Source of the DNA: an uncultured Clostridia bacterium | Lineage (GTDB): Bacteria; Bacillota; Clostridia; Christensenellales; UBA1242 | Length of the DNA stretch: 64,000 bases | Assembly: GCA_944384535.1 (NCBI GenBank) | Contig: CALWTS010000005.1 | Span: forward strand, 9,870 to 73,869 | Direction of reading: 5' to 3' | Shown: positions 44,805 to 54,679 of the stretch, in pieces | Layout of the letters: each line of letters starts with the position of its first letter | Position numbering within the stretch: position 1 is the first letter of the stretch | Notes under the pieces: model-generated | The model's database searches: none | The model's input: only the letters and a program-made list of their open reading frames with translations | What the model was told of the DNA's origin: nothing | Program-made: the position numbers and the translations under genes

Positions 44805-44994
44805 GTAAACTTGGAGTGATAGACAAGTAAATTCATTTGATGTGTACAGAGAAGGATTGTTTGGTGAAAAATCTAAACTAGAATGAAATTGAAACCACTA
44901 TCATGAAGATAAGTATTTAATAAGTGGCTTTAAGCAATTAAGGTGGAACCGCGGTTTTTTGTTGAATCGTCCTTAAATCAAGGACGATTTTTTT
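44805..44994 (+). promoter_or_regulatory. T-box riboswitch leader, Thr specifier (ACC)
   Basis: AGAGA box (44848-44852) and a GGTGAAA distal motif. Specifier GAA-ACC-A (ACC at 44894-44896). T-box sequence AATTAAGGTGGAACCGCG (44936-44953). Terminator stem AATCGTCCTT / AAGGACGATT (44965-44989) followed by TTTTT. Confidence 0.85.
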
Positions 44995-45028
44995 GTCCTT
45001 AATGTTAAAAATAAAAGGAGATATTGTT

Positions 45029-46768
45029 ATGGAAATTAAAAAAGTAGTCGATCAAGATTTAAAAAAAGCACGTCATTCTTTAGCTCATGTTTTGGCAAAA
45101 GCATTAGTTAAATTGTACCCAAACACTAAATTAACTATTGGACCAGATATTAATGATGGTTTTTATTATGATATTGATTTAGACCACTCAATTACTAATG
45201 ATGAATATTCAAAAATTGAAAAAGAAATGTGGAGTATTATTAATAAGGGTGAAAATTTTGTTAAAAAAATTATTACAAGAGATGAGGCTTTAGAGCTTTT
45301 TAAGGATAATCCTTATAAATTAGAGTTAATTAATGATTTAGCAAGTGATGAAGAAGTTTCAATATATTACACAGGTGATGATTTTTATGATTTATGCAGA
45401 GGTCCTCACGTTGAAAGTTGTAAAAACCTCCAAAATTTTGCTTTTAAAATTCACAGTATTAATGGTGCATATTGGAGAGGAAATGAAAAAAATAAAATGC
45501 TTCAAAGAGTTTATGTATGGGCTTTTAAAACTAAGAAAGAGTTGACTGATTATATAAATATGCTGGAAGAAGCAAAAAAACGAGATAATAGAAAACTTGG
45601 TAAAGAGTTAAAACTCTTCATGATTTCTCCAGAGGGACCTGGTTTTCCTTTCTATTTACCAAACGGTATGATTGTTAGAAATCTTTTAATTGATTTTTGG
45701 AGGGAAATTCATACTAAGGCCGGATACAAAGAAATCATGACACCAATTATGCTTAATAGACATTTATGGGAAACTTCGGGACACTGGGATCATTATAAAG
45801 ATAATATGTATCTTTCTACTATTGATGATGATATATATGCAATAAAACCTATGAATTGTCCTGGGGGCGTTTTAGTTTATAAAAATGAACCACATTCTTA
45901 TAGAGATTTACCATTAAGATTAGGTGAATTAGGGCTTGTTCATAGATATGAAAAATCTGGTGAACTTGGAGGTTTGTTAAGAGTAAGAAGTTTCACTCAA
46001 GATGATGCACATATTTTTATGAATCCTAATCAAATTAAAGATGAAATTAAAAATGTCGTTAAATTGATAGATGAGGTATACAAAATTTTCGGTTTTACTT
46101 ATCATGTTGAACTATCTACTAGACCAGAAAATAGTATGGGAAGTGATGAAGATTGGGAGTTGGCAACAAAAGGGTTAGTTCAGGCACTGGATGAATTACA
46201 GTTGGATTATGTTATTAATGAAGGAGATGGTGCTTTTTATGGTCCTAAAATTGATTTTCACTTAAATGATGCTTTAGGAAGAACTTGGCAATGTGGAACA
46301 ATTCAACTAGATTTTCAATTACCTCAAAGATTTGAACTTGAATACATTGGAGAAGATGGCGAGAAGCATAGACCAATTATGATTCATAGGGTTGTTTATG
46401 GTGCATTAGAAAGATTTATAGGTCTTTTAATTGAAAATTTTGCTGGAGCTTTTCCTTTGTGGTTAGCCCCAGAGCAAGTACGAATTTTATCATTAACTGA
46501 TAGAAACAATAATTATGCTTCTTTAATTAGAGAAAAACTTGTTCAAGAAGGAATAAGAGTTGAATGTGATTTAAGAAATGAAAAAATAGGATATAAAATA
46601 AGAGAGGCTTTAACAATGAAAGTTCCTTATTTAATTATAGTAGGAGATGAGGAAGAAAAATCAAAAACCATTTCTATTCGTGGTAGAGGTTTTGAGAGTA
46701 AGACAGGAATAATTTTGTCGGAATTTATCATTCGTTTACAAAATGAAATAAAATCAAAAAAAATATAG
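45029..46768 (+). CDS. thrS: Threonine--tRNA ligase lacking the N-terminal TGS domain
   Basis: ATG 45029 follows AAGGAG (45015-45020). It starts directly in the editing/SAD region (RHSLAHVLAKAL..GFYYD). Class II motifs HRYEKSGELGGLLRVRSFTQDDAHIF and GAFYGPKIDF are present. Confidence 0.95.
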   Translation: MEIKKVVDQDLKKARHSLAHVLAKALVKLYPNTKLTIGPDINDGFYYDIDLDHSITNDEYSKIEKEMWSIINKGENFVKKIITRDEALELFKDNPYKLELINDLASDEEVSIYYTGDDFYDLCRGPHVESCKNLQNFAFKIHSINGAYWRGNEKNKMLQRVYVWAFKTKKELTDYINMLEEAKKRDNRKLGKELKLFMISPEGPGFPFYLPNGMIVRNLLIDFWREIHTKAGYKEIMTPIMLNRHLWETSGHWDHYKDNMYLSTIDDDIYAIKPMNCPGGVLVYKNEPHSYRDLPLRLGELGLVHRYEKSGELGGLLRVRSFTQDDAHIFMNPNQIKDEIKNVVKLIDEVYKIFGFTYHVELSTRPENSMGSDEDWELATKGLVQALDELQLDYVINEGDGAFYGPKIDFHLNDALGRTWQCGTIQLDFQLPQRFELEYIGEDGEKHRPIMIHRVVYGALERFIGLLIENFAGAFPLWLAPEQVRILSLTDRNNNYASLIREKLVQEGIRVECDLRNEKIGYKIREALTMKVPYLIIVGDEEEKSKTISIRGRGFESKTGIILSEFIIRLQNEIKSKKI

Positions 46769-46861
46769 TCTATTTTATTTTGATTTTTAATACTTTTATG
46801 ATAAAATTTGTTCATAAACTTATGTTATAACATTAGTAAATTTTAGGAGGATATTTTTTAA

Positions 46862-47341
46862 ATGGATGCAACACAAATCATATTAATAGTTTTTATAGTT
46901 CTTCTTATAATCATTTATCCTATTATGATTAGTACTAGAAATAAAAAGGAAAATCAACGTATGCAAGAACAAACTAATTCTTTGAAAAGAGGTGATAAAG
47001 TATTGACTACTAGTGGTGTATATGGAACTATTGTTGACTTGCAATTAGAAGAAGATAAAAAAATTGTTACTATAGAAACAGGAACTGAAAAAAAGAAAGG
47101 TTATATATCTGTTGATGCTTATGCAATTTATACAGTTTTTAAAGATGAAAAAAAATCACAAGAGAATAAAAATGATGCATTAAAAAATGATAAAACAAAA
47201 CAAGAAGTAAATGATGATACAAAAAAAGAAGATAACAAAACTGATACAAATTTAACTAAAGATATAATTAATAAAAATGAAGAAAATAAAGAAAATGTTT
47301 TAAGTGAAGATATTGATAACAAAAAATCAAAGAAAAAATAA
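46862..47341 (+). CDS. yajC: Preprotein translocase subunit YajC with a long K/D/N-rich C-terminal extension
   Basis: TM helix, then SLKRGDKVLTTSGVYGTIVDL (YajC core). About 70 extra low-complexity residues follow. AGGAGG lies upstream. Confidence 0.85.
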   Translation: MDATQIILIVFIVLLIIIYPIMISTRNKKENQRMQEQTNSLKRGDKVLTTSGVYGTIVDLQLEEDKKIVTIETGTEKKKGYISVDAYAIYTVFKDEKKSQENKNDALKNDKTKQEVNDDTKKEDNKTDTNLTKDIINKNEENKENVLSEDIDNKKSKKK

Positions 47342-47367
47342 GAAAGATAATTTTATCTTTCTTTTTT
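47341..47367 (+). terminator. Rho-independent terminator after yajC
   Basis: Stem AGAAAGATA / TATCTTTCT followed by TTTTT. Confidence 0.65.
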
Positions 47368-47447
47368 ATAAAATAGAGTTAATATGGTATTTTTTAAAAG
47401 CTCTTCTCATAATTTATGTTAGTTTTAAATTATAAAAAGGGGTTAAT

Positions 47448-47867
47448 ATGAGGTCGAAAATAAAATCTAAATCGTTAGTTAAAAAAGAAAAAACATCTTT
47501 AATAAGTCATATCATAAAAGGTACTTTGACTTCACTATGCGTTTCTTTAATTTTAGTATTAATTTTTGCATTTTTACTTAAGTTCACAAATATTTCTGAT
47601 TCTATGATAAATCCAATAAATCAAGTTATCAAGGGAGTAAGTATTTTTATTGGTGTTTTTTTAGGTTTAAAACAATCAAAAGAACTTGGTTTAGTAAGTG
47701 GTCTTTTAATTGGATTCATTTACACGTTTCTTGCTTTTGTTATTTTTTCAATTTTAAGTGGAAGTTTTGTTTTTGATGTTACTTTATTGACAGATATTGT
47801 TTTTGGTTCTATCATTGGAGCAATCTGTGGAATAATATGTGTTAATGTAAAAAAAAGTACTAATTAA
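47448..47867 (+). CDS. Small Gly-rich membrane protein (139 aa), TIGR04086-like
   Basis: Basic N-terminus plus 4 TM helices with small-residue motifs. The family assignment is tentative. Confidence 0.4.
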   Translation: MRSKIKSKSLVKKEKTSLISHIIKGTLTSLCVSLILVLIFAFLLKFTNISDSMINPINQVIKGVSIFIGVFLGLKQSKELGLVSGLLIGFIYTFLAFVIFSILSGSFVFDVTLLTDIVFGSIIGAICGIICVNVKKSTN

Positions 47868-47878
47868 ACTTAATTTTA

Positions 47879-47908
47879 TTTGACATCTAAATTTTTATTC
47901 TTTATAAT
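47879..47908 (+). promoter_or_regulatory. Sigma-A promoter candidate for secDF
   Basis: TTGACA (47879-47884), 18-nt spacer, TATAAT (47903-47908). Confidence 0.45.
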
Positions 47909-48013
47909 ATGTGAGTAGTTGTTAAAAGAGTTATAAAATGTTGTTTTTAGGCAATATTTAAATTGACTTCTTTAAAATAGTTTAGTTTTTATTAAAAAGT
48001 TTGAGGATATTAG

Positions 48014-49411
48014 ATGTTAAGAAAAAATTCTATAGTTAAGTTTGTTTTTTTAATTATAATTGCTTTTTTGGGGATTCTTTTATGTGTTTGTCCATTTAAT
48101 GTTCCTGCATCTACTGATAGGTATAATAGTTTGTTAACTTCAATTGAAAAGGGTATTGATTTAAATGGAGGAGTAGTTGCCTTATATGATTGTACTTTAC
48201 CTAATGGTAATCAAATTGGTGTAGATAAAGCAATTGATTCATCGTTAGATAAAATTTATCAACTTTTTGATAAGGAAGGATATAAGGAATTAAGAGTTGT
48301 TAGACAAGGTGATAGTCATGTAAGAATCGAGGCAGCAGGGGCAAAAGAATCGGATTATTCTTTTTCGTATATAGAAAACTATAAAAATTTGTCAATTACA
48401 TTAGAGCAATATTCAGAGACTTTAACAAATCCTAAAGTTTTTGTAACTAGTTCTGATATCGCAACAGCATATTCTAGTTACGATTACGAAAATTCAGCAT
48501 ATATCATTGTTATTGAGTTTAATAATGATGGGTTAAAAAATTTAGAAAAATTAAAAACTTATTCAAATGAGACATCTTTAACAACTGCATATGTTTATTT
48601 AGGAGATATAAACTCTGATAATTTGTTTTCAGAAATAAGTGTTTCTGATCTTAAGGATAAGACATCTTTATCTGTAAGTTCAAATGGTTCATATACGATG
48701 TCTAGTAGTAGTGAAGCCAAAGAGATTGCGTATTCAATAGTCTCTGGTTCTTTAGATGTTAAAATGGCTTTTGAGGAATGTTGTTACATTTCACCTGCGT
48801 TAGGTGAAAATACTCAATTACTAATTCTTATTGCATTTCTTGTAGTTATTGGAATGTCTTTATTGTTTTTAAGCATAAAATATGGTGATTTTGGATTGTT
48901 GGGCACTTTAGCAATGACTTACTTCGTTATATTCTTTGTGTTCTTTTTACAAGCAATTCCTTTAATCATACTTGATTTAGCGGGAGTTTTTGGAATTTTA
49001 TTATCTTATGTTATTGCAATTTTTTCCATTATTGTTATTTTTGAAAAGATAAGAAGTGAGTATGCGGTTGGTAAAAAAATTTATATTTCTTGTAAAAGTG
49101 GTTTAAAAAAATCGCTTTGGTTAATATTAGATAGTCACTTTTTAATAATTTTATCTGCTTTGTTTATTTGGATTTTTGCTCCATTATCTTTAAAGTGTTT
49201 TGCTATTAATTTATTTGTGGGTATGTTGTTGTCTATGTTTACAAGTTTAGTAGTTTTAAGATACTTTATCAAAATATACTTACCAATTAATAGTACAAAT
49301 GCGAAAAGATTAAATTTGTATAGAGATAAAGATGTAAAAGAATTAAAAGAAGATGAAGTTGAAGTTATTGAAACAGCTGACTCTGTAGAAGGAGGTAGCT
49401 ATAATGAATAA
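48014..49411 (+). CDS. secD: Protein translocase subunit SecD (divergent)
   Basis: N-terminal TM, a periplasmic domain beginning GIDLNGGV, and a C-terminal 5-TM bundle. It overlaps the secF start. Confidence 0.75.
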   Translation: MLRKNSIVKFVFLIIIAFLGILLCVCPFNVPASTDRYNSLLTSIEKGIDLNGGVVALYDCTLPNGNQIGVDKAIDSSLDKIYQLFDKEGYKELRVVRQGDSHVRIEAAGAKESDYSFSYIENYKNLSITLEQYSETLTNPKVFVTSSDIATAYSSYDYENSAYIIVIEFNNDGLKNLEKLKTYSNETSLTTAYVYLGDINSDNLFSEISVSDLKDKTSLSVSSNGSYTMSSSSEAKEIAYSIVSGSLDVKMAFEECCYISPALGENTQLLILIAFLVVIGMSLLFLSIKYGDFGLLGTLAMTYFVIFFVFFLQAIPLIILDLAGVFGILLSYVIAIFSIIVIFEKIRSEYAVGKKIYISCKSGLKKSLWLILDSHFLIILSALFIWIFAPLSLKCFAINLFVGMLLSMFTSLVVLRYFIKIYLPINSTNAKRLNLYRDKDVKELKEDEVEVIETADSVEGGSYNE

Positions 49412-50426
49412 AAACAGGATATCCCTTAGCAATATATGTGCAAATAGTAAATTTAGTTATATAAAAAATTTTATTTACTTTTTAATAGCTCCACTTGTTC
49501 TTATTTTGATAGGAATTATCATTTTTTCGATAGTTGGATTTAATTATGGTACTGATTTTGTGGGAGGAAAAACTTTTAAAGTTTATGTTAATAATGATGC
49601 AATTATTCAAACACAAAATGTAGCTAATTATGATATAAGTGATTCTGAAGAGTACAATCAAGTTTGCTTAAAAATTGAGTCCGTGTTAAGCGAATATGAT
49701 GTAAGTGTGCTCACTTATCGTAAAACATCTATTACGATTAATGAGTATAATATTTTTGCAGGACAAGCTGTTGAAGTTGTCGTTAGTAATTTTGATGATG
49801 AATCAGATAATAAAGTACATGAAGCTTTAGTAAACGAATTTAATTATACTGGATTTGAAGATTCAATTACTCAAATTGAAAAAACTCAACCTACATTTTC
49901 ATTTGATTGGTTTATAGCTTTATTATCATCTTTAGTTTTTGCTTTAATAATTGCTATTATTTACCTTTCATTAAGATTTAATATTTCAGCAATTGTAGTG
50001 ACTATATTGCAAGTTTGTTTTGATTTATTTTTAACACTTGCTTTAATTGCAATTTGCAGAGTAACTGTTGATTTAAGTATTGGTGTAGTGATGTTAACAA
50101 CTTTAATTGTAAGTTTACTTAATATCTTCTTCTACTATTATAAAACTAAAGAAAACTTTAAAGTTGGCAAATATGAGAAGTTAAATCATAAGAATATGGC
50201 AGATATAACAATTAATGATTTAACATACAAAAAAGTGTTAATATACCTTATGTTAATACTGATTATTTGTGTATTTATAATTTCTTCTGTAAATTCTGTT
50301 AGAATGCTTTCACTCGGTATTTTAATGGCTTTATTTTCTACTTTTTATAATTCACAATTTATTTTACCTACATTATGGGCAACTTGTTACAAACAAAAAC
50401 ATAACAAAAAATATTATAAAAAATAA
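49404..50426 (+). CDS. secF: Protein translocase subunit SecF (divergent)
   Basis: TM, then GTDFVGG, a periplasmic domain and a C-terminal 5-TM bundle. ATGA-type overlap with secD. Confidence 0.75.
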   Translation: MNKNRISLSNICANSKFSYIKNFIYFLIAPLVLILIGIIIFSIVGFNYGTDFVGGKTFKVYVNNDAIIQTQNVANYDISDSEEYNQVCLKIESVLSEYDVSVLTYRKTSITINEYNIFAGQAVEVVVSNFDDESDNKVHEALVNEFNYTGFEDSITQIEKTQPTFSFDWFIALLSSLVFALIIAIIYLSLRFNISAIVVTILQVCFDLFLTLALIAICRVTVDLSIGVVMLTTLIVSLLNIFFYYYKTKENFKVGKYEKLNHKNMADITINDLTYKKVLIYLMLILIICVFIISSVNSVRMLSLGILMALFSTFYNSQFILPTLWATCYKQKHNKKYYKK

Positions 50427-50451
50427 GAGTATCTTTAGTACTCTTTTTTTT
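50425..50451 (+). terminator. Rho-independent terminator after secF
   Basis: Stem AAGAGTA (50425-50431) / TACTCTT (50439-50445) followed by a T-run. Confidence 0.65.
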
Positions 50452-50470
50452 GTTTTATCATATTAATTAC

Positions 50471-50499
50471 TTGACTTAAGACTAGCTATATGCTATAAT
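50471..50499 (+). promoter_or_regulatory. Sigma-A promoter (extended -10) for the rpsB operon
   Basis: TTGACT (50471-50476), 17-nt spacer ending TGc, TATAAT (50494-50499). It leaves a leader of about 160 nt. Confidence 0.6.
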
Positions 50500-50664
50500 T
50501 CTCTAGTCATTGGACAATTAGCACCTATAATATATTCAATTACTGTTGCCTAAAAGCTAAAATAATAAAAACTATATATGTGTTTTGGTAAAGGGTTACC
50601 TGAGGTGGTATATTGGAGATAGAAAATTATAGGGAAGGACAAAAACAAAAAGGAGGAATTAAAA

Positions 50665-51579
50665 ATGTCAGTTATTTCAATGAAACAACTTCTAGAGGCT
50701 GGAGTTCATTTTGGTCATCAAACTAGAAAATGGAATCCTAAAATGAAAAAATTCATTTTCACTGCAAGAAATGATATTCATATTATTAATCTAGAACAAA
50801 CATCTGAACAGGTAGATAAAGCTTATCAATTTGTTCGCGATACTGTTGCTGCAGGTAAAAAGGTTTTATTTGTTGGAACAAAAAAACAAGCTCAAGATGC
50901 TGTTAAAGAAGAAGCAGAAAGATGCGGTATGTATTTTATTAATACTCGTTGGTTAGGAGGTTGTTTAACTAATTTTAAAACTATTAAGTCTAGAATAGAA
51001 AGACTTAATAAGCTAAACCAGATGGAAAAGGTTGGAGAATTTGATCTTTTACCTAAAAAAGAAGTTACTCTTCTTAAAACTGAAAGAGATAAACTTGAGA
51101 AGAATTTAGGTGGAATAAAGGAGATGAGGGAATTACCTGGTCTTGTAATTGTTGTTGACCCTAACGTTGAACACATTTGTGTTAATGAATGTAAGTTATT
51201 GAATATTCCTATGGTTGGTTTGGTTGATACTAATGGAAATCCTGAAGGAATTGATTATATAATTCCAGGAAATGATGATGCAATTAGATCTGTTAAATTA
51301 ATTATCGCAGCCCTTGCAGATGCTGTTATTGAAGCAAAAGAGGGTGTTTCTATGAAAAAAGAGGATGATACAGCCGATGAGGATATCGATATTGAAAAGG
51401 TTTTAGCTGAAACTAAACCAAATTTAGAAATTGCTGAAGCTGGAGAAGAAAATCATAATAAAAAAGGCAAGAAAAAACCTTCAAAAAAGAAAAATACCGA
51501 AATTAAGAAAGAAGTAGTTGCTGATGTTGAAAAAGTTGATGAAGTAAAAGAAACAAAATCAAATAGTGAAGGAGAATAA
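50665..51579 (+). CDS. rpsB: 30S ribosomal protein S2 with a C-terminal K/E-rich extension
   Basis: [22 protein letters not shown], and AGGAGG upstream. About 70 extra charged residues at the C-terminus. Confidence 0.95.
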   Translation: MSVISMKQLLEAGVHFGHQTRKWNPKMKKFIFTARNDIHIINLEQTSEQVDKAYQFVRDTVAAGKKVLFVGTKKQAQDAVKEEAERCGMYFINTRWLGGCLTNFKTIKSRIERLNKLNQMEKVGEFDLLPKKEVTLLKTERDKLEKNLGGIKEMRELPGLVIVVDPNVEHICVNECKLLNIPMVGLVDTNGNPEGIDYIIPGNDDAIRSVKLIIAALADAVIEAKEGVSMKKEDDTADEDIDIEKVLAETKPNLEIAEAGEENHNKKGKKKPSKKKNTEIKKEVVADVEKVDEVKETKSNSEGE

Positions 51580-51581
51580 TT

Positions 51582-52238
51582 ATGAATTTTACAGCTAAAG
51601 ATGTTGCAGAGTTAAGAGCAAAAACAAATGCAGGTATGATGGATTGTAAAAAAGCATTAGTTGAGTGTGATGGAGATTTTGATAAAGCTATCACTTGGCT
51701 TCGTGAAAAAGGTATTGCCGCTGCGGCAAAAAAACAGTCAAGAATTGCATCAGAGGGTATTGTAACTTCGTACATTCATATGGGTGGAAAAATTGGTGTT
51801 CTAGTTGAAATTAATTGTGAAACTGATTTTGTTGCCAAAACAGATGCTTTTCAGGAAATTGGACATGATGTTGCTTTACAAATAGCTGCATCAGCTCCTA
51901 AATATGTAAGAATAGAAGATGTTCCTGTTGAAGAATTGGAAAGAGAAAAAGAAATTTTAAGAAATCAAGCTCTAAACGAGGGAAAACCTGCTCAAATTAT
52001 TGAAAAAATGGTTGAAGGAAGAGTTAAAAAATTTTATCAAGATGTATGTTTGTTAGAACAACCATTTGTTAAAAATCCAGATTTAACTATTCAATCTTAT
52101 ATTAATGAGAAAATTCTCCAAATCGGTGAAAAAATTTCAATTAGAAGATTTGCTAGGTTTGAGATGGGAGAAGGTTTAGAAAAGAGAAATGATAATTTAG
52201 CAGAAGAAGTTGAAAAACAAATGAAAGGAATAAAATAA
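51582..52238 (+). CDS. tsf: Elongation factor Ts (short form)
   Basis: [45 protein letters not shown]; 218 aa. Confidence 0.95.
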   Translation: MNFTAKDVAELRAKTNAGMMDCKKALVECDGDFDKAITWLREKGIAAAAKKQSRIASEGIVTSYIHMGGKIGVLVEINCETDFVAKTDAFQEIGHDVALQIAASAPKYVRIEDVPVEELEREKEILRNQALNEGKPAQIIEKMVEGRVKKFYQDVCLLEQPFVKNPDLTIQSYINEKILQIGEKISIRRFARFEMGEGLEKRNDNLAEEVEKQMKGIK

Positions 52239-52263
52239 AAAAAGCACAAATTGTGCTTTTTTT
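52239..52263 (+). terminator. Rho-independent terminator after tsf
   Basis: AAAGCACA-AAT-TGTGCTTT followed by a T-run. Confidence 0.65.
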
Positions 52264-52349
52264 ATTTTATTACATAAGTTAATGAATGTTTTTATTTTAT
52301 GAGGAATATAAATATAATATCTATTTTCTTTTATTTTATTATAAAACAT

Positions 52350-52378
52350 TTGCAAAATAATTTTGTTTATAGTAAAAT
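52350..52378 (+). promoter_or_regulatory. Sigma-A promoter candidate for frr-uppS-cdsA-rseP
   Basis: TTGCAA (52350-52355), 17-nt spacer, TAAAAT (52373-52378). Confidence 0.45.
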
Positions 52379-52396
52379 TACTCATAAGGAGAATGT

Positions 52397-52963
52397 ATGA
52401 GTGAATTATTTGACGAAATTGAATTGTCATTTCAAGAAGAAGTAGAAAAAGCCATTAATCATCAAATTAATGAATATTTAGTTATTAGAGCTGGAAGAGC
52501 TAATCCACATATTCTTGATAAAGTTTTTGTTGATTATTATGGTGTTCCAACACCTATTAAGAACATGGCAAGTATTACCGTACCTGAAGCAAGAATTTTA
52601 GCTATTTCTGTTTGGGATCAATCTCAATTAAAAAATATTGTAAAAGCAATTACTGCCGCTGATTTAGGTGTAACACCTAATGAGGATGGTAAAATCATTA
52701 GATTAATATTTCCAATTCTTACAGAAGAAAGAAGAAAAGATATTGTTAAAAATTTAAAGAAGATTGCTGAAGAAACAAAAATCGCAGTAAGAAATGCTAG
52801 AAGAGATGCTATGGATATGGTAAAGGATTTGGAAAAAGACGGCGAAATCTCCGAAGATGATAGAGAGATATATGAAGAAAAAATCCAAAAGATGGTTGAT
52901 ACAGCTTGTGATAAAATAGAAGAAAATTTTAAAACAAAAGAAAAAGAAATTATGGAGATATAG
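52397..52963 (+). CDS. frr: Ribosome recycling factor
   Basis: 188 aa. IRAGRANPHILD, VWDQS, GVTPNEDGKIIRL, RNARRDA. AAGGAG lies upstream. Confidence 0.95.
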   Translation: MSELFDEIELSFQEEVEKAINHQINEYLVIRAGRANPHILDKVFVDYYGVPTPIKNMASITVPEARILAISVWDQSQLKNIVKAITAADLGVTPNEDGKIIRLIFPILTEERRKDIVKNLKKIAEETKIAVRNARRDAMDMVKDLEKDGEISEDDREIYEEKIQKMVDTACDKIEENFKTKEKEIMEI

Positions 52964-52986
52964 TATTTTGTTTTAAAGGATAATTT

Positions 52987-53682
52987 ATGAAAAGTATTGG
53001 TAAAATTCCTTCTCATATTGGTATTATTATGGATGGTAATGGACGTTGGGCGACAAGGAGAGGACTTCCTAGAAATTTTGGACATAAGGAAGGTGTTAAA
53101 GCGATTGAGCGTACTATTCTAGCTTGCTTAAAATATGGAATAAAATATTGTACCTTTTTTGCTTTTTCTACAGAAAATTGGAGAAGAAGTCAAGAAGAAA
53201 TTTATGGTATTTTCTCTATTTTAAGGGATTATTTATCCGATCCTAATAATATTTTTATGAGAAATAAAATAAAGGTTGACTCTATTGGAATTATGGATCC
53301 ATTTCCAGAAGATTTAATAAATTCAATCAATAATCTTAAAGAAAATACTAAAGATTATGAAAATTTAACTGTTATATTTGCTTTAAATTATGGTGGAAGA
53401 GATGATATAATAAGGGCAGTCAACAACTTACTTTCTTCTAATAAACAAAAAGTAACAGATCAGGAATTTTTAAAATTATTGGATACTAAGGAAATTCCCG
53501 AACCAGAAATTGTAATTAGAACTAGTGGAGAAATGAGAATTTCAAATTTTATGTTGTATCAATTAGCATATAGTGAAATGTTTTTTCCAAAAACATATTG
53601 GCCTGATTTTAATGAAAAACATTTATTAAAAATTATAAAAGAATTTCAAAAAAGAGATAGAAGGTTTGGAGGTGTTCATTGA
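52987..53682 (+). CDS. uppS: Undecaprenyl diphosphate synthase
   Basis: HIGIIMDGNGRWA, FAFSTENWRR, IRTSGEMRISNFMLYQ. Confidence 0.95.
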   Translation: MKSIGKIPSHIGIIMDGNGRWATRRGLPRNFGHKEGVKAIERTILACLKYGIKYCTFFAFSTENWRRSQEEIYGIFSILRDYLSDPNNIFMRNKIKVDSIGIMDPFPEDLINSINNLKENTKDYENLTVIFALNYGGRDDIIRAVNNLLSSNKQKVTDQEFLKLLDTKEIPEPEIVIRTSGEMRISNFMLYQLAYSEMFFPKTYWPDFNEKHLLKIIKEFQKRDRRFGGVH

Positions 53683-54644
53683 AAACAAGATTGTTAACTT
53701 CTTTTGTTTTTTTGTTTATAATCATTATAACTTTTATTTTAAAATTTTATGTAAGTAATTTCTTTTTTGATGCGTTAATTTTACTTATTTTATGTTTTGC
53801 ATCATATGAAACATCAAAAATATTTACTAAAATGGGGAAATTTAACGATAAAATTATTGCTACGATTTTTCCTTGTTTTGCTATGTTAACACTACTTTTA
53901 GGAATTTCTTATATAGAAAGTATAGGCTTATTATTCACTTTAGTTATAGTTGTTGCTTCAATTGTTTTATTTTTTGCCATAGAGTTTTTTATCTCGTTTT
54001 TTTCTCCAAAAACAAAAATAGAAATTAAAGCAAGAAAAATGGACAAGTATATTACCAAATCTAAATATTCTTTTATTAAATCTTTAAATACAGCAGTGAT
54101 ATTTGTATATCCAACTTTTTTATTGTTGTTTTTAACACTTATAAATCATTTCGAAGAATTTTCTTCTTCTTTTGAAATTTTAAATGGTTCTACTGTTACC
54201 GTTTCATTAATAATACTCATGTTCGCATTTCTTATACCTATTTTTACTGATACATTTGCATACGTTACTGGAGGTTTAATTGGAGGTAAAAAATTAGCTC
54301 CTAAAATTAGTCCTAATAAAACAATCTCGGGAGCTGTTGGTGGATTACTTTGGTGTGTTTTATTAAGTGTTGTAGTTTATTTTATTTTAAACTCTATCCA
54401 ATCTACGTCAACAATTTTGAACGATTTAGGTATTAGTTTGTGGAAAATAATTGTAATAGTTGGAATTTCTTCTATAGTTAGTCAAATAGGGGATTTGTTT
54501 GAAAGTTGGTTAAAGCGAAGTGCTGGTGTTAAAGATTCAGGAAATTTACTTCCAGGACATGGGGGAGTTTTAGATAGATTCGATTCTTATATATTCGTAG
54601 CACCAATAATTTTTATATCATTTTCTATACTATTTTTAGTTTAA
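53679..54644 (+). CDS. cdsA: Phosphatidate cytidylyltransferase
   Basis: TTG start after GGAGGTG, overlapping the uppS stop. Signature SWLKRSAGVKDSGNLLPGHGGVLDRFDS. Confidence 0.9.
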   Translation: MKTRLLTSFVFLFIIIITFILKFYVSNFFFDALILLILCFASYETSKIFTKMGKFNDKIIATIFPCFAMLTLLLGISYIESIGLLFTLVIVVASIVLFFAIEFFISFFSPKTKIEIKARKMDKYITKSKYSFIKSLNTAVIFVYPTFLLLFLTLINHFEEFSSSFEILNGSTVTVSLIILMFAFLIPIFTDTFAYVTGGLIGGKKLAPKISPNKTISGAVGGLLWCVLLSVVVYFILNSIQSTSTILNDLGISLWKIIVIVGISSIVSQIGDLFESWLKRSAGVKDSGNLLPGHGGVLDRFDSYIFVAPIIFISFSILFLV

Positions 54645-54679
54645 TAATAATATAATATTGTTAAATTGCGTGAGGTTTA

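Noticed and set aside
44993-45028. N-terminal extension of thrS
   Set aside because: The extension starts within the T-box terminator U-tract. AAGGAG precedes ATG 45029.
45345-45545. 66-aa + strand ORF inside thrS
   Set aside because: It is out of frame within a highly conserved catalytic region and has no RBS.
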